Assembly: GCA_903895255.1 (NCBI GenBank)
Contig: CAITTG010000027.1
Coordinates: 30,991 to 94,990 of the forward strand
Origin: an uncultured Verrucomicrobia subdivision 3 bacterium
GTDB lineage: Bacteria; Verrucomicrobiota; Verrucomicrobiia; Limisphaerales; UBA11358
DNA length: 64,000 bases
Direction of reading: 5' to 3'
The position numbers were made by a program, and so were the translations under genes. Each line of letters opens with the position of its first letter. The stretch's first letter is position 1. The notes below the pieces were generated by a model. That model saw nothing but the letters and a program-made list of their open reading frames with translations, did not search any database and was not told where the DNA came from. Positions 63,563 through 64,000 of this stretch are shown piece after piece.

Positions 63563-64000
63563 GCGAAGCCCCCAACAACCCGGATGCGTTGCCTGACGAG
63601 GAAGAGTTATTGCCCGATGAACGTCCCCGGCGGCGCCTGACCGAGCCGGACACACCGCTGCAACTTCAACCCTCAACCGCTGCGGATCCCCCGCCCCGCC
63701 GCCGCTCGCGCGGACGTGCCGGACGCGACCCGGTATGCAGCAAATATCGCATGGCCTGGGTACTGGTTTTCTTTGATCTGCCGGTCGGCTCACCGGAGGA
63801 GCGCCGCAACGCCACCAACTTCCGCAAAGATTTGATCAAGGACGGTTATTTCATGGTGCAATTCAGCGTCTATGCGCGGCCGTGCGGCACGGCAGACCGG
63901 GTGGAAACGCAAGTGCGGCGGCTCAAATCCAAAATTCCGGCCAAGGGTGAAGTGCGTGGATTAATGATTTCGGACGCGCAATGGGGACGGATGATCATCC
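63559..64000 (+). CDS. cas2: Cas2 (partial, truncated by the window end) with an apparent ~60-codon N-terminal extension
   Basis: Not in the ORF track because no stop is reached. The frame is open from the GTG at 63559 (GTGA overlap with the cas1 stop). The conserved core YRMAWVLVFFDLP...FRKDLIKDGYFMVQFSVYARP starts near 63745. Confidence 0.75.
   Translation, partial: MSEAPNNPDALPDEEELLPDERPRRRLTEPDTPLQLQPSTAADPPPRRRSRGRAGRDPVCSKYRMAWVLVFFDLPVGSPEERRNATNFRKDLIKDGYFMVQFSVYARPCGTADRVETQVRRLKSKIPAKGEVRGLMISDAQWGRMII

Overview
High-GC bacterial chromosome segment. It is probably Verrucomicrobiota-like: this is inferred from two PEP-CTERM proteins, a prepilin-type N-methylation protein, and characteristic word-like intergenic repeats. 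I support about 58 protein-coding genes and found no rRNA or tRNA genes.

Most of the window is housekeeping or envelope biology:
- an ECF sigma / anti-sigma pair
- a glycosyltransferase and polyprenyl-phosphate cluster
- der, gpsA-plsY, hisF, tkt, queE, rsmA, hup, hrpA, ribBA and prmC
- two two-component systems, one of them a ~1400-aa multi-PAS hybrid kinase
- a GH35 beta-galactosidase
- a polysaccharide-export group

Accessory content:
- two clear toxin-antitoxin pairs (PIN/VapC with antitoxin; ParE/RelE with an addiction-module antitoxin)
- a nucleotidyltransferase-fold candidate toxin-antitoxin pair
- a PD-(D/E)XK nuclease fused to an XPD/DinG-type helicase
- a small XRE/YgjP islet
- an AT-rich orphan gene
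- at the right edge, a tightly overlapped cas9-cas1-cas2 operon (type II-C-like) that runs off the window. No CRISPR array or tracrRNA is visible in the window.

The most unusual sequence-level observations:
- cas9 is much more AT-rich than cas1/cas2 and the flanks.
- cas1 carries an in-frame, AT-richer insertion containing a 12-bp inverted repeat.
- cas2 has a ~60-codon N-terminal extension.
- A ~930-nt non-coding AT-rich region upstream of prmC/cas9 holds a ~177-nt MITE-like palindrome, a phased 10-mer array, a 7-mer array, and one copy of a ~100-125-nt element. The only other copy of that element in the window lies in the 500-nt leader of queE.

Long ORFs antisense to real genes are abundant and were rejected as high-GC shadow ORFs. 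All family calls come from motif recognition by eye. No database search was run.
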